Of a stretch of 64,000 nt of DNA, positions 47,142 through 55,872 are shown one piece after another (positions within the stretch are counted from its first letter, which is position 1; every line of letters begins with the position of its first letter). Under the pieces are notes generated by a model. The model saw nothing but the letters and a program-made list of their open reading frames with translations, ran no database searches and was not told where the DNA came from. Both the position numbers and the translations under genes were made by a program. The stretch lies in the IMG/VR virus record IMGVR_UViG_3300035663_000003, positions 1 through 64,000 of that record. One strand, written 5' to 3'. This DNA comes from a virus.

Positions 47142-48206
47142 TTACAAAGTGGTTTGGGTCTGTTGTTCTATCTTAAAAGGAAGGTCTGGTCTTACAGTAA
47201 GTGGTACAAACCACATAATCTTTACTAGCTCTTTGCCTTTGCCATACCGAACAGCGTGAGGATGCCCTGCTCTAATGTGTGCATACTCCCGTTCTTTTCC
47301 TTCAGCAGCTTGGGATTTGTTTGCTAACTGAAAAGGTTGCGGTCCTACAAACATACGATCAGTACCAATGTTCCAACCGTATTTTCTTTTGTTCTTTGCT
47401 TTCTGGTGCAGAGCTTCTAGTTCTTGAGGGTTAGACTTTTCAATTAGGTGTCTATCCGCAGCAAGAATATCTGGCTCACAAATAGTAGGATTGTCAGAAA
47501 GAAATCCAATAGTGCTGCAAAGGCTTAATACGTTTTTAATTAATATCTCATACTTAGAATCACTTGGCAGCGACATTCCTTTTTTATCACACTGTTTACT
47601 AATAGCTATTTTGATAGCGTCTTGTAAACTTTGATTTTTTTCAAGTACAATATTAAATATGCATAAAGATCTATCGTCTTTTTTTTGTGTTCTTAGTTCA
47701 TAAATATTTAAACTTTTACCTATGTCGTTTTGATTCATTAACATATCTAAACTAATAGATATTGTTCGTTTACTATATTCATTTTCAGGTATTTCATAAA
47801 CCAATATAGAAGTTGCCCATCGAAGATTATTTGTTTTTGAACTACTGTATGCGAATTCAGAATGAAAATCTTTAAATCTTACATGAATAGATTCTAACTC
47901 GTGTGGCATTTTAAAAAGGGAAGCTGGTATTTTTGATAGGTTGCAGTTGCATAACTTGGATATAAAATTTGGATGAATGTTATAGTATGGACATCCAACT
48001 TTATACCATGCTTTTTCTGCATAACAACGAGAAGCCATAATAGAGTCCATACCTGTAAACTCTTTAATAAAAAATGTATAAAAATCAATAGGGTTGGAAC
48101 AACAGGCTTGTAACTTTTTTAAATGATTAGCTTTACCTTCTTTTTTCTTTTCTTCTATCCATAGCTTGTAAAGAGTATAAGAAGTTGGAAGTTCTGAATA
48201 GGGCAT
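47142..48206 (-). CDS. Hypothetical phage protein
   Basis: 354 aa with C-terminal HIRAGH..AVRYG.G...K..W..P..V. AAGGAGG RBS. Confidence 0.6.
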   Translation of the reverse strand: MPYSELPTSYTLYKLWIEEKKKEGKANHLKKLQACCSNPIDFYTFFIKEFTGMDSIMASRCYAEKAWYKVGCPYYNIHPNFISKLCNCNLSKIPASLFKMPHELESIHVRFKDFHSEFAYSSSKTNNLRWATSILVYEIPENEYSKRTISISLDMLMNQNDIGKSLNIYELRTQKKDDRSLCIFNIVLEKNQSLQDAIKIAISKQCDKKGMSLPSDSKYEILIKNVLSLCSTIGFLSDNPTICEPDILAADRHLIEKSNPQELEALHQKAKNKRKYGWNIGTDRMFVGPQPFQLANKSQAAEGKEREYAHIRAGHPHAVRYGKGKELVKIMWFVPLTVRPDLPFKIEQQTQTTL

Positions 48207-48262
48207 CTCCGTGCCTCCTTTCTTAAGAAGTTTTTTTTGTCAGAAATATGTATACGTTTTTC

Positions 48263-48727
48263 TTACAAACACTGCATGTAAGAGGCTTTACTTTTACCGT
48301 ACTTGACATAGCGGGTTAGCACAAACCCATACCTTTCCCAGAACTCTTGACTGTTGTTTACAGCTACCAAGGACTTGGGAAGAGGAGAGCTATTCCATAC
48401 TTTGTTTATTAGCATCCCTGCATATCCTTGTTTACGATAGCCAGGGCAAACGCTGATGTCGTGGAAGTAATGTCCTGTAGGTGCAAAGAAAGGAGTGTAC
48501 ATACTATTTAAAGGGAATACTTCTTCTTTGAAATAGGGGAATGTAATCGCATAAGCAATTACTTTTCCCCTGACCGCTACAACATAACAACCTTTAGGAT
48601 ACCCACACCACTTAGATAAAAATGATTCGTCGCTCTCGTAGTAGGATGAGTTATAACATCTAGCTCCTATATCAGATACTGCGGGAATATCATCTTGTCG
48701 CATTAATCTTAACGATACGTGTGGCAT
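48263..48727 (-). CDS. GNAT acetyltransferase
   Basis: LR.M..DDI, YFHDISV.P.YRKQGYA, LVAVNNS..FWERYGF. Confidence 0.85.
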   Translation of the reverse strand: MPHVSLRLMRQDDIPAVSDIGARCYNSSYYESDESFLSKWCGYPKGCYVVAVRGKVIAYAITFPYFKEEVFPLNSMYTPFFAPTGHYFHDISVCPGYRKQGYAGMLINKVWNSSPLPKSLVAVNNSQEFWERYGFVLTRYVKYGKSKASYMQCL

Positions 48728-48825
48728 GGGTTTCCTCCCTTGTAATAAAACCAGCACCGGATCTCAAGAGACAGTCCACATCGAAAAAGAACTGCCTGCT
48801 TCTTAGTGCTGGCCTTATGCTTCCT

Positions 48826-48933
48826 TTATTTTCTTCGACCAAAGCTCTGTTCAAAACTATGCTTTGCATTTTCTTTAGCCATGTAAATCACTAACGATAT
48901 TCCAAACAATACTCCGGCTATAAATGTGTACAT
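48826..48933 (-). CDS. Small single-TM protein (35 aa, not in ORF track)
   Basis: GGAG RBS. MYTFIAGVLFGISLVIYMAKENAKHSFEQSFGRRK. Confidence 0.5.
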   Translation of the reverse strand: MYTFIAGVLFGISLVIYMAKENAKHSFEQSFGRRK

Positions 48934-48955
48934 AAAATCTCCAGTGGTTGAGGGT

Positions 48956-49099
48956 TTACCATTGCGTTTTAAAGGACATACCAAGGTTAACCTTTTGAAT
49001 TACGTTAGGGTCATGAGGATATACATCAGTGTTGGCATTTGACTCCAATGTTTTTGTACACCCTGCACAACCGATCAACAAAATAGCCAACATCTTCAT
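48956..49099 (-). CDS. Small lipoprotein (47 aa, not in ORF track)
   Basis: GGAGG RBS. MKMLAILLIGCAG-C lipobox-like signal, ending VNLGMSFKTQW. Confidence 0.6.
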   Translation of the reverse strand: MKMLAILLIGCAGCTKTLESNANTDVYPHDPNVIQKVNLGMSFKTQW

Positions 49100-49101
49100 A
49101 C

Positions 49102-49374
49102 TCAATCCTCCAAAATTTCCAACCTGCCATTACCAAATTTAACAAAATAACTTTTTAAGATACGACCCGCGTTTGGAACTACTGGATTATGAATGCTAAC
49201 CCAAAGATTAATTCTCCACTTGTCATCAAAAACATTGACAACACTTTCTTTCATAAGCGGAAGGTTTCCAAAAAGGTCTTCTTTAACCTTTGGTAAATCC
49301 ATAAGAGCTTGAAGAACATCTTCTGGTTTATTTTTTGTTTTGGTTTTAGTAGGTGCAGGGGTTGTAGATGTCAT
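49102..49374 (-). CDS. Hypothetical protein
   Basis: VNVFDDKWRINLW...RI.KSYFV motif. AAGGAG RBS. Confidence 0.6.
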   Translation of the reverse strand: MTSTTPAPTKTKTKNKPEDVLQALMDLPKVKEDLFGNLPLMKESVVNVFDDKWRINLWVSIHNPVVPNAGRILKSYFVKFGNGRLEILED

Positions 49375-49382
49375 TAGGATTC

Positions 49383-49441
49383 TCCTTAGTTAAGGTTAAA
49401 GCGTTTGCGTGAACTAAGACAAGTCCTTAGTTAAGGTTAAA
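49383..49441. repeat. 18-bp direct repeat
   Basis: TCCTTAGTTAAGGTTAAA at 49383 and 49424. Confidence 0.8.
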
Positions 49442-49464
49442 CAAGATGCGTATAGTATACAATC

Positions 49465-49752
49465 CTAATCGTACATGTGTCTTATAGATTGATCTGCAAT
49501 GTCTTCTATAGATTCTTCAACACAATATTCCAAACGGGTTTTTAACTCTTTTTTTTCAATACCAGTCACAGAAGCTAGATGATCTAAAATGTTTTCTTTT
49601 AAGATATCACATATTTCTAAGTAAGGTTCTTTCATAACTTTTACTAATAGTATTACTGTTTCTAAAGCGTTAGCCTGCATTTCTTTATGCTGTATTGAAT
49701 TAGGCCCTAGGTTTAGAAAAATCTTATCTATTAAATCTAGGTAGGGGCTCAT
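49465..49752 (-). CDS. Hypothetical protein
   Basis: 95-aa ORF with AAGGA RBS. Confidence 0.5.
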   Translation of the reverse strand: MSPYLDLIDKIFLNLGPNSIQHKEMQANALETVILLVKVMKEPYLEICDILKENILDHLASVTGIEKKELKTRLEYCVEESIEDIADQSIRHMYD

Positions 49753-49775
49753 AGGTTTCCTTTAATATAAGTTGT

Positions 49776-50435
49776 TTAACCACCACGGTGGCCGGTATAT
49801 TCTTTAGTTATATCTTTAAAGACTTCACCGTTCTCAAATTTGAAGACTCCTTTAAAGCAGCAACCACCTTCCCAGTATTTCAAAACAAAACTTAGGTTTG
49901 GAAACATCTCACTGATATGCAACAAAGCTTCTTTAGGTGGACTCCATGCAGTATTAAATCTATATTCTACTTCCCAAGATTCTTTACCTTTAAGTTTTAT
50001 TTCTTCTGAGCACAACAGTTCGCTATCACAAGCACCCCATTTAGTTCCCCAGTTAGATATGCACCAACCATACCAACTTAAATGTCCGTAGGTTTCTTTG
50101 TTTTGTTTATACTTATTTGCAATAGCTTTTACTTTTTCTACGGCATCGCTTGCTGACAAGCTTCTTTTTGCATACCAAGTTATAATTGTTTCTTTATCTG
50201 GATTTTCAAACCCTGCTTCTTTCATTTGAGTTAAAACCCAGTCTGGTGGTTTACCATATACGACTTCATAATAAATTTCTTCGCTTCCTGAGGTAACTTC
50301 TTGCAAAGGTTTTGGGATAGGAAACAACGCTGAGTAACAAAAAGGTCTATCTTTTAGTTTAATTTTTTCCACAAAATCCAAAGCATCTTTTTTATTACCA
50401 CGTATTCTTAATTCATTCTCGCAATAATTAGGCAT
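49776..50435 (-). CDS. DUF1281/YubB ferredoxin-like protein
   Basis: MPNYCENEL.I.G, WY.W.I.NWGTKW, F.TAWSPP and Y.EGG..F.G. Confidence 0.8.
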   Translation of the reverse strand: MPNYCENELRIRGNKKDALDFVEKIKLKDRPFCYSALFPIPKPLQEVTSGSEEIYYEVVYGKPPDWVLTQMKEAGFENPDKETIITWYAKRSLSASDAVEKVKAIANKYKQNKETYGHLSWYGWCISNWGTKWGACDSELLCSEEIKLKGKESWEVEYRFNTAWSPPKEALLHISEMFPNLSFVLKYWEGGCCFKGVFKFENGEVFKDITKEYTGHRGG

Positions 50436-50452
50436 GATTATTCTCCTGTTAG

Positions 50453-50719
50453 TTAATCTGATATAATAATTCCACCATCTGAACCTCTTTTCCACGCACA
50501 AGCTTTTGCTTTGTAAATACGTCTAAGTAGGTTTTCTATTTCGTCTAAAGGATCTAATACATTTAGAGCCCATTGTTGATCCCCTGTTTCTTTATTAAGT
50601 CTAAGGTATAAACACATAGCATCTATACGAGCGTTTTCAATTACAGCTGTAAAGTTATTCATTAAGTCTTGCACATTAGGTTCAAGATCTATTGGATTTG
50701 TTAAAGGTTCAAGGGGCAT
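50453..50719 (-). CDS. Hypothetical protein
   Basis: AGGAG RBS before MPLEPLT. Confidence 0.5.
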   Translation of the reverse strand: MPLEPLTNPIDLEPNVQDLMNNFTAVIENARIDAMCLYLRLNKETGDQQWALNVLDPLDEIENLLRRIYKAKACAWKRGSDGGIIISD

Positions 50720-51053
50720 CTTCTTCTCCTGTTGCTTTGTTGATAGCATCGATAGCAGCTTCTCTTTCGTGCCGGTTGTCGAAAGTTGGTTCTGTTACGT
50801 AAAGCAATTCTCGTAACGCTGCTAACAACTCTGGTGCTGCTGCGAGGAGGTTAGCGTTGGCAAGATCGTTTTCACTTAGGGATGTGTCTTCTAGGTTTAC
50901 GAAAGCAACAGTGTTTTCATTATCATCGAGTATTTCTAGCAACCCCTTGTCTACTTTGAGTGGTGTTGCCTTTGGTTTTTCTTGTATAAGTCCGGTAACA
51001 TTGGTAACAATATTAAAGAGGCTTGGCTTCCACGGTCTTGGTGTGTGGCTCAT
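50709..51053 (-). CDS. Conserved phage protein (HTP.PW...ANA.L.AAAPELL family)
   Basis: MSHTPRPW, ANANLLAAAPELLAAL and AI.KATGE. Confidence 0.75.
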   Translation of the reverse strand: MSHTPRPWKPSLFNIVTNVTGLIQEKPKATPLKVDKGLLEILDDNENTVAFVNLEDTSLSENDLANANLLAAAPELLAALRELLYVTEPTFDNRHEREAAIDAINKATGEEDAP

Positions 51054-51290
51054 TGTACTAGCTCCCTTAGTTTGCCTATCTCTTGGTGTAGTTCGACAGC
51101 GGAATCATTTAGCTCAGAGATGTCTTCTGTCTAGCTAAGCTTTACTATCTGCATGTAGACAATAAGAAACATGTTTGCAGTTTCTGCTGCTTGTCTACAC
51201 TCTTCGGTTAAAGCGATTGAGCATCTTATTGAATGAATGAAGAGCCTCCTGCATTTTCTTGATAATCATGGTGTCTTTAATGTTTACCAT
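51050..51290 (-). pseudogene. Disrupted small gene (4-bp repeat frameshift plus one TAG)
   Basis: Strong RBS and ATG at 51290. Removing one TGAA of (TGAA)3 at 51230-51241 gives a 79-codon frame ending in an ATGA overlap at 51050, with one internal TAG at 51131. Confidence 0.45.
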
Positions 51291-51527
51291 TTATAATTCT
51301 CCTTTATTAAAGTCTAATGGTTCAAAGTCTAGTTCTTTGTTTGTATGTGTTTCTAGGTAATCGTGAACTCTTATCTTTAGTTTTTTAACAGTCATTTCAT
51401 CTGCGTCTAAGAGCTCTGCTACTTTAGCTAGTCCATCATCTCTATGAGTGAGGATTCTAAATAGAAGCATAAAGGTTAGAAGTTCTGGTAATTGAAACGG
51501 AAGCATTTGTATTTTCTCGTCATCCAT
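51291..51527 (-). CDS. Hypothetical protein
   Basis: 78-aa ORF with GGAG RBS. Confidence 0.5.
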   Translation of the reverse strand: MDDEKIQMLPFQLPELLTFMLLFRILTHRDDGLAKVAELLDADEMTVKKLKIRVHDYLETHTNKELDFEPLDFNKGEL

Positions 51528-51539
51528 AACTAAGCTCCA

Positions 51540-51836
51540 TTAAATGTCAGGTGAATATTCATCTTCAAACAGCACGATAGTTTTATTTCTATCTTTGTTT
51601 GTCATAACTTTTATCAAACCAAAAGTTGTATTGAACCGTGAGATCACTAAGTCGTTAGTTTCAATAGCACTTTTGTTTAAAGCTTGTGTATCTTCTTCCG
51701 AGTTATCCCAGTCTCCTAGTTGATGGCGGTCAAGATACAACTCTACTAACAGAACAGTCTTTGCAAGCTTGGATATCTTGGGAGACAGTCTGGTATTACC
51801 TATTTCAAATTTAGGTTTTGCAAAGTCTGGTATCAT
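51540..51836 (-). CDS. Conserved mobile-element protein (RH..GDW family)
   Basis: KF.IG, L.RHQLGDW, N..A, T..DR..T.VLF.DEY. Confidence 0.65.
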   Translation of the reverse strand: MIPDFAKPKFEIGNTRLSPKISKLAKTVLLVELYLDRHQLGDWDNSEEDTQALNKSAIETNDLVISRFNTTFGLIKVMTNKDRNKTIVLFEDEYSPDI

Positions 51837-52387
51837 TTTGAACTCTCTTGAAACAAGGCAGAGGTTTCTTTATCTTGTTGTTCAAGTTCATATTCATAAT
51901 CTTCCCACTCTACTAACCTTTCTGTTATTCCTAATGCAAAGTCGATATCTGCTGGGAGGTTTGCTGAAGTCCATTGAGAGTCAAGTACCTCAATTGGATA
52001 GAACGCTTCATTGTTATTTAAGAATCTTCCACAATAGCCTTTGACGGATTCCCAAAAATAAGCTTGTACTTTATAGCCTTCAAGACTTAACAGTGAATAC
52101 AGCTTTAGTGGTGGAGTCCATGCGGTTTCAAAGTTTAGATCTAAGAACCATTCTTCATCATCTTTTTCTTGGTGTGGTTCTACATCATCTTCGTGAGGTC
52201 TTTGAATTTCTTTTGACGTTCCCCAGTTATCAAACCGCCACGCGGTTATTAATTTAGGATCTGCTTCTGTTGAATCTTTAAGAATAGAACTAAGCAGCTT
52301 GCCGTTGTTATAAGCATTTGCAATAAATGCTAGGTGCTCTTTGTCTTTGTGCTTTAGTGTTACTGCATTGATACACCAGTAGGGCAT
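51833..52387 (-). CDS. Second DUF1281/YubB-like protein
   Basis: MPYWC.N.V.L, WR..NWGT.KE, FETAWTPP and Y.WE....YCG. Confidence 0.75.
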   Translation of the reverse strand: MPYWCINAVTLKHKDKEHLAFIANAYNNGKLLSSILKDSTEADPKLITAWRFDNWGTSKEIQRPHEDDVEPHQEKDDEEWFLDLNFETAWTPPLKLYSLLSLEGYKVQAYFWESVKGYCGRFLNNNEAFYPIEVLDSQWTSANLPADIDFALGITERLVEWEDYEYELEQQDKETSALFQESSK

Positions 52388-52409
52388 GACAAACTCCTGT
52401 TTGTTAAGA

Positions 52410-52655
52410 TTACTTTTTCCAAGAAGGGTTAAAAAACGCTAAAATTTTTTCTAGTTCTTCTGCTTGCAATTTAAACTTCTCAAAAGATTTTGACCCATTT
52501 CCAATTCTTGTTTGGTTGATGTGTTCTTCTGCTGCTTGAAACGCTAACCTCAATAAGATTGCGTTCACACTGTTTACTGTTTCTTTAGAGTGTGCAGCTC
52601 CATTAGAAGAAAACGGTACGTTTGGCCATGGGTTTTCAAGACGGCTAGTTTCCAT
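52410..52655 (-). CDS. Hypothetical protein
   Basis: 81-aa ORF with AAGGAG RBS. Confidence 0.5.
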   Translation of the reverse strand: METSRLENPWPNVPFSSNGAAHSKETVNSVNAILLRLAFQAAEEHINQTRIGNGSKSFEKFKLQAEELEKILAFFNPSWKK

Positions 52656-53211
52656 TGTGAATCTCCTTAAAAGTTTCGTATTGGGTTCTTTGTTTGTTTG
52701 ATACTTGCCAAAGATTAATTGCCCATCGGGTGGGCGATACGTTGGTTGTCCAGTGTAGGTTCTTGCAGTTGAACTCGTACACTTCCCCGCCTATTAAATC
52801 TGTCTCACTTACTTCTGCTGGTGTTACTAATCGTTCTTGAGGAGCCCATTTGTATTCTGGATAAGACTTTTCATATCCAAAAGTCGTACCTCCTAAGTTA
52901 ATGCCTACGGCTTTGTAGTCAGCGTAAGACGCATCTCGATGAGGCTTAATAGTTCCTCCAAGAGAAGCTAGTCCAAGCTCAGGAATGAAGCCTATCTCTT
53001 TTCCTATCTCTAGGATTTCGCCCCATAGCTCTTGGTCGTTGTTAGCTTTTCTCCAAGGCATACTTGCTCCCAGCGGTGCTTCGTATTGTAGCCAAGACCT
53101 TCTTCTACCTGGCGCATAGTTGGATACATCTGTGGTTAGCTTGAGTCTTTCGGATAGAAGTCTTACTAAGTTTTGGACTTTTGCTGGTGATATCTGCGTA
53201 AGTATTTTCAT
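52645..53211 (-). CDS. 2OG-Fe(II) dioxygenase-like protein (AlkB-like motif spacing)
   Basis: IKPHRD (HxD), GINLG, L.GGEV..F, distal H (NLHW) and R (TRWAINLW). Confidence 0.65.
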   Translation of the reverse strand: MKILTQISPAKVQNLVRLLSERLKLTTDVSNYAPGRRRSWLQYEAPLGASMPWRKANNDQELWGEILEIGKEIGFIPELGLASLGGTIKPHRDASYADYKAVGINLGGTTFGYEKSYPEYKWAPQERLVTPAEVSETDLIGGEVYEFNCKNLHWTTNVSPTRWAINLWQVSNKQRTQYETFKEIHNGN

Positions 53212-53474
53212 ACAAACTCCTTTTGGGGAATAGGAAGATCCAGTGCTGCAAGGGTTATGTGTTCGGGATGAATGATTCCTAAAAGCTTTTGCCTTTTAAA
53301 CTCTTGTAAAAGATTGCCTGCTGTTCCAGCAAAGCTTGCCATACCTCCAACTAAAAACTCCCGTTGTCCTTTATCATCTATACTCATCAAATAATATTCG
53401 GGAACGCAATTGTCGTATCCGTAGGTGTAAGTTTTACCGTGTGCTGTAACGTTGTGTCGTGACATTAAATACAC
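53208..53474 (-). CDS. Hypothetical protein
   Basis: YGYD....YYL motif. Overlaps both neighbours. Confidence 0.55.
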   Translation of the reverse strand: MYLMSRHNVTAHGKTYTYGYDNCVPEYYLMSIDDKGQREFLVGGMASFAGTAGNLLQEFKRQKLLGIIHPEHITLAALDLPIPQKEFV

Positions 53475-54367
53475 TCTTTCATTTGGGTTAGGATCTCTTT
53501 TGCAACGGGAGGGCAGACTGCATTGCCCAGCATGTGAAGTGCTAGGCTCTTGCTTTTAGGCAATAGGTATTTTTCTGGGAATCCCATAGCGTTTTTGTAT
53601 TCACTCAAAGAAAGCATTCGCATCTTATCCCTATTGATAAGAGCAAACTTTTCCTTCGTGGTTATTGTTCCAAGGGGCTTCTTAATACTTCTACCCCCAC
53701 GTTCAGATCCGTAGTAGGCAATTAAGAAATTATCTCCGTGGTCTTTAATTCCGTTAGCCCATTTTCTTTTAGTGCTATCAGCTTTATCAGAAACGGTTGA
53801 CCACTTATAATCCCCGTCTTCAATTAAGTCTTTAAAAGGTATGTGTTTTTTAAATGGGTTTGTTTGAACTTGTAAAGGTTGAGCTTTAGATCCGGTAATA
53901 AAAACTCTTATCCTAGATTGAGCCACACCAAAGTCAGCAGCGTTTAATATGTTGGAAGCTAAGTTATATCCAAGCTTTTCCATGCAGCCTTTCCATTGTG
54001 GGAATAGTTCCCAGCTTAAAAACTCTGTGACATTCTCTACTACAAAAGCTTTGGGCCTGGTGGTTTCAACGCAGGCAACAACAGCCCATGCTGTACTCCT
54101 TGCTGCATCATGTCTTGGTTGATCCGCTCCCCGAGCTTTGCTATGCCCTTGGCAAGAGGGGCTGGCTAACAGAACATCGTACTGTGGCAAGGTAGTAAAG
54201 TCTGCTTGCTGTAAGTCTTGACAACTGTGGAAAGTCTTGGGGTGATTGCACTCATGTACATGCACCGCATCTTTCCAGTGGTTAGCAGCCCATACAACTT
54301 CACACCCAGCTTGTACTGCTCCGGTGCTAAAGCCTCCAGCTCCTGCAAATAAGTCTACTACTTTCAT
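53465..54367 (-). CDS. C5-cytosine DNA methyltransferase
   Basis: DLFAGAGG, SPSCQGHS, VENV.EF, Q.R.RVF and LGNAV.PPV. Confidence 0.93.
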   Translation of the reverse strand: MKVVDLFAGAGGFSTGAVQAGCEVVWAANHWKDAVHVHECNHPKTFHSCQDLQQADFTTLPQYDVLLASPSCQGHSKARGADQPRHDAARSTAWAVVACVETTRPKAFVVENVTEFLSWELFPQWKGCMEKLGYNLASNILNAADFGVAQSRIRVFITGSKAQPLQVQTNPFKKHIPFKDLIEDGDYKWSTVSDKADSTKRKWANGIKDHGDNFLIAYYGSERGGRSIKKPLGTITTKEKFALINRDKMRMLSLSEYKNAMGFPEKYLLPKSKSLALHMLGNAVCPPVAKEILTQMKECI

Positions 54368-54531
54368 ACAGCTCCTTTTGTTTTGGGATCATACAAATGC
54401 GTACAGAAGTGGACAGGTATTTATCCCCGAATAATCAAAAATTAAACAGGAAACCTTTACGGAGTATGGAACTAATAAACGACTTTAGGTATAGTTAAAG
54501 TATTATATAATTATACTTAAAGGAGTAAGCT

Positions 54532-54894
54532 ATGATTCAAGCAATTAGAGAGATGATTTTTGGTGCAGCGAAATCTAAAATTGAAAGCTCACCTCCAAGG
54601 GATTCTTTGCGGTCACCTAAGTGGGATGGTGTTAGGAAAAAGCATTTACTTACTCAACCAACTTGTCAGGCTTGTGGTAAAAGTAAGAACGTTTCTGTAC
54701 ACCATATCGAACCGTTTCATCTTAGACCGGATTTAGAGTTAGACCCTTCTAATCTTTTGTCTCTTTGCGAGGACGGTCCTAATTGTCATTTGACATGGGG
54801 TCATCTTCGTGATTGGAAACAGTATAACCCTCACGTAGTTAAAGACGCGGCTCTTTATCTTTCCCGTATAAAGCAGTACCGAATTAATCGCTAG
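54532..54894 (+). CDS. HNH endonuclease
   Basis: C.ACG, VHHI.P, NL..LC and CH...GH. Opposite orientation to its neighbours. Confidence 0.85.
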   Translation: MIQAIREMIFGAAKSKIESSPPRDSLRSPKWDGVRKKHLLTQPTCQACGKSKNVSVHHIEPFHLRPDLELDPSNLLSLCEDGPNCHLTWGHLRDWKQYNPHVVKDAALYLSRIKQYRINR

Positions 54895-55285
54895 CTCCGT
54901 TTTCCCTTTTTCGTTTTTCGTTTTCAATTCCTTCTGAAATGGCTTGTCGTATTTCAGGGATGGTTTTCATTTTATTAAAGAAGGTTTTAAAACTACTAAG
55001 TATTGCACTGGTGGGAGCACAAGATCCAATGCAGTTTTCCATAGCTCGTATGCTTCCTAGTAAGCCAAACCTTTTTGTTATATCATCTACGTCCATTCCA
55101 CAAATCCGCATAGATTCTATATACTCTTGGCAGCGAGAACAGGTTCTAAGGTCTTCGTTAAAGTTATCTAAATCTGTTCCAGTAAAAGAACAGAAGTCAC
55201 ATTTGTGTTTTTGTTTGTTTAAACTTTTTCTTGCATGTTCGCATACCATGCTTGCAAATAATGGATGCGAGAGAATTGCGTTCAT
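54884..55285 (-). CDS. Zn-finger hypothetical protein
   Basis: CDFC and CSRC pairs. Confidence 0.55.
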   Translation of the reverse strand: MNAILSHPLFASMVCEHARKSLNKQKHKCDFCSFTGTDLDNFNEDLRTCSRCQEYIESMRICGMDVDDITKRFGLLGSIRAMENCIGSCAPTSAILSSFKTFFNKMKTIPEIRQAISEGIENEKRKRENGASD

Positions 55286-55497
55286 AAAGAGGTCCTGTTC
55301 TTGGTTGTTAATTTCTCTGCTGCTACGGCTTCAGCTAGGGCTATGTGAATAAGTATTCTTTTTTCAGAGATGATTTTTTCTAGCTTCTTGATTCTCTTAT
55401 CATTTGCTGTAGTAACTTCACCTAATATGCTGCGGAACAATACTGATAGATCGTCCGCAGCTTCCAGTCCTTCTCGTATCAATTTCATGTTTGACAT
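55282..55497 (-). CDS. Hypothetical protein
   Basis: 71-aa helical ORF with ATGA coupling. Confidence 0.5.
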   Translation of the reverse strand: MSNMKLIREGLEAADDLSVLFRSILGEVTTANDKRIKKLEKIISEKRILIHIALAEAVAAEKLTTKNRTSL

Positions 55498-55499
55498 GG

Positions 55500-55724
55500 T
55501 TACACCACGATACTTGCTAGGTCATAGTTCTTTAATAGTCTATCTGCTTTGAATCTGTTTCTTTCATACATGTCTCTAACTTCTTCGCAGAATTCATAGC
55601 TTTCAAATGCTCGCGGATTTAAGTCGATAGGTTTCATAGCCAGTAGCTTTGCTAGCATTCTTCTTGCTGTTAGATTTAATATCCTTTTGGCTTTTTGCTG
55701 CCGTGTCTTTTTTGTCTTCATCAA
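55500..55724 (-). CDS. Hypothetical basic protein
   Basis: GGAGG RBS. Confidence 0.5.
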   Translation of the reverse strand: MMKTKKTRQQKAKRILNLTARRMLAKLLAMKPIDLNPRAFESYEFCEEVRDMYERNRFKADRLLKNYDLASIVV

Positions 55725-55872
55725 CTACCTCCATGTTTATATTGAGGGTGGGGATATGTATTATATCATAAGGTATCCTATCCAAGTCAAAGACTAACTG
55801 CTGTGCCTCTTCAATATCCTTTGCGTAGATATCCCAGTAGCTATCATTCCAGAAATAGTTATAACGGTTCAT
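55603..55872 (-). CDS. Hypothetical protein
   Basis: ATGA coupling to the upstream gene. Confidence 0.45.
   Translation of the reverse strand: MNRYNYFWNDSYWDIYAKDIEEAQQLVFDLDRIPYDIIHIPTLNINMEVVDEDKKDTAAKSQKDIKSNSKKNASKATGYETYRLKSASI

Noticed and set aside
54532-54894. HNH as the restriction partner of the methyltransferase
   Set aside because: A short free-standing phage HNH type, divergently oriented, with no evidence of a specificity domain. A packaging or homing role is at least as likely.
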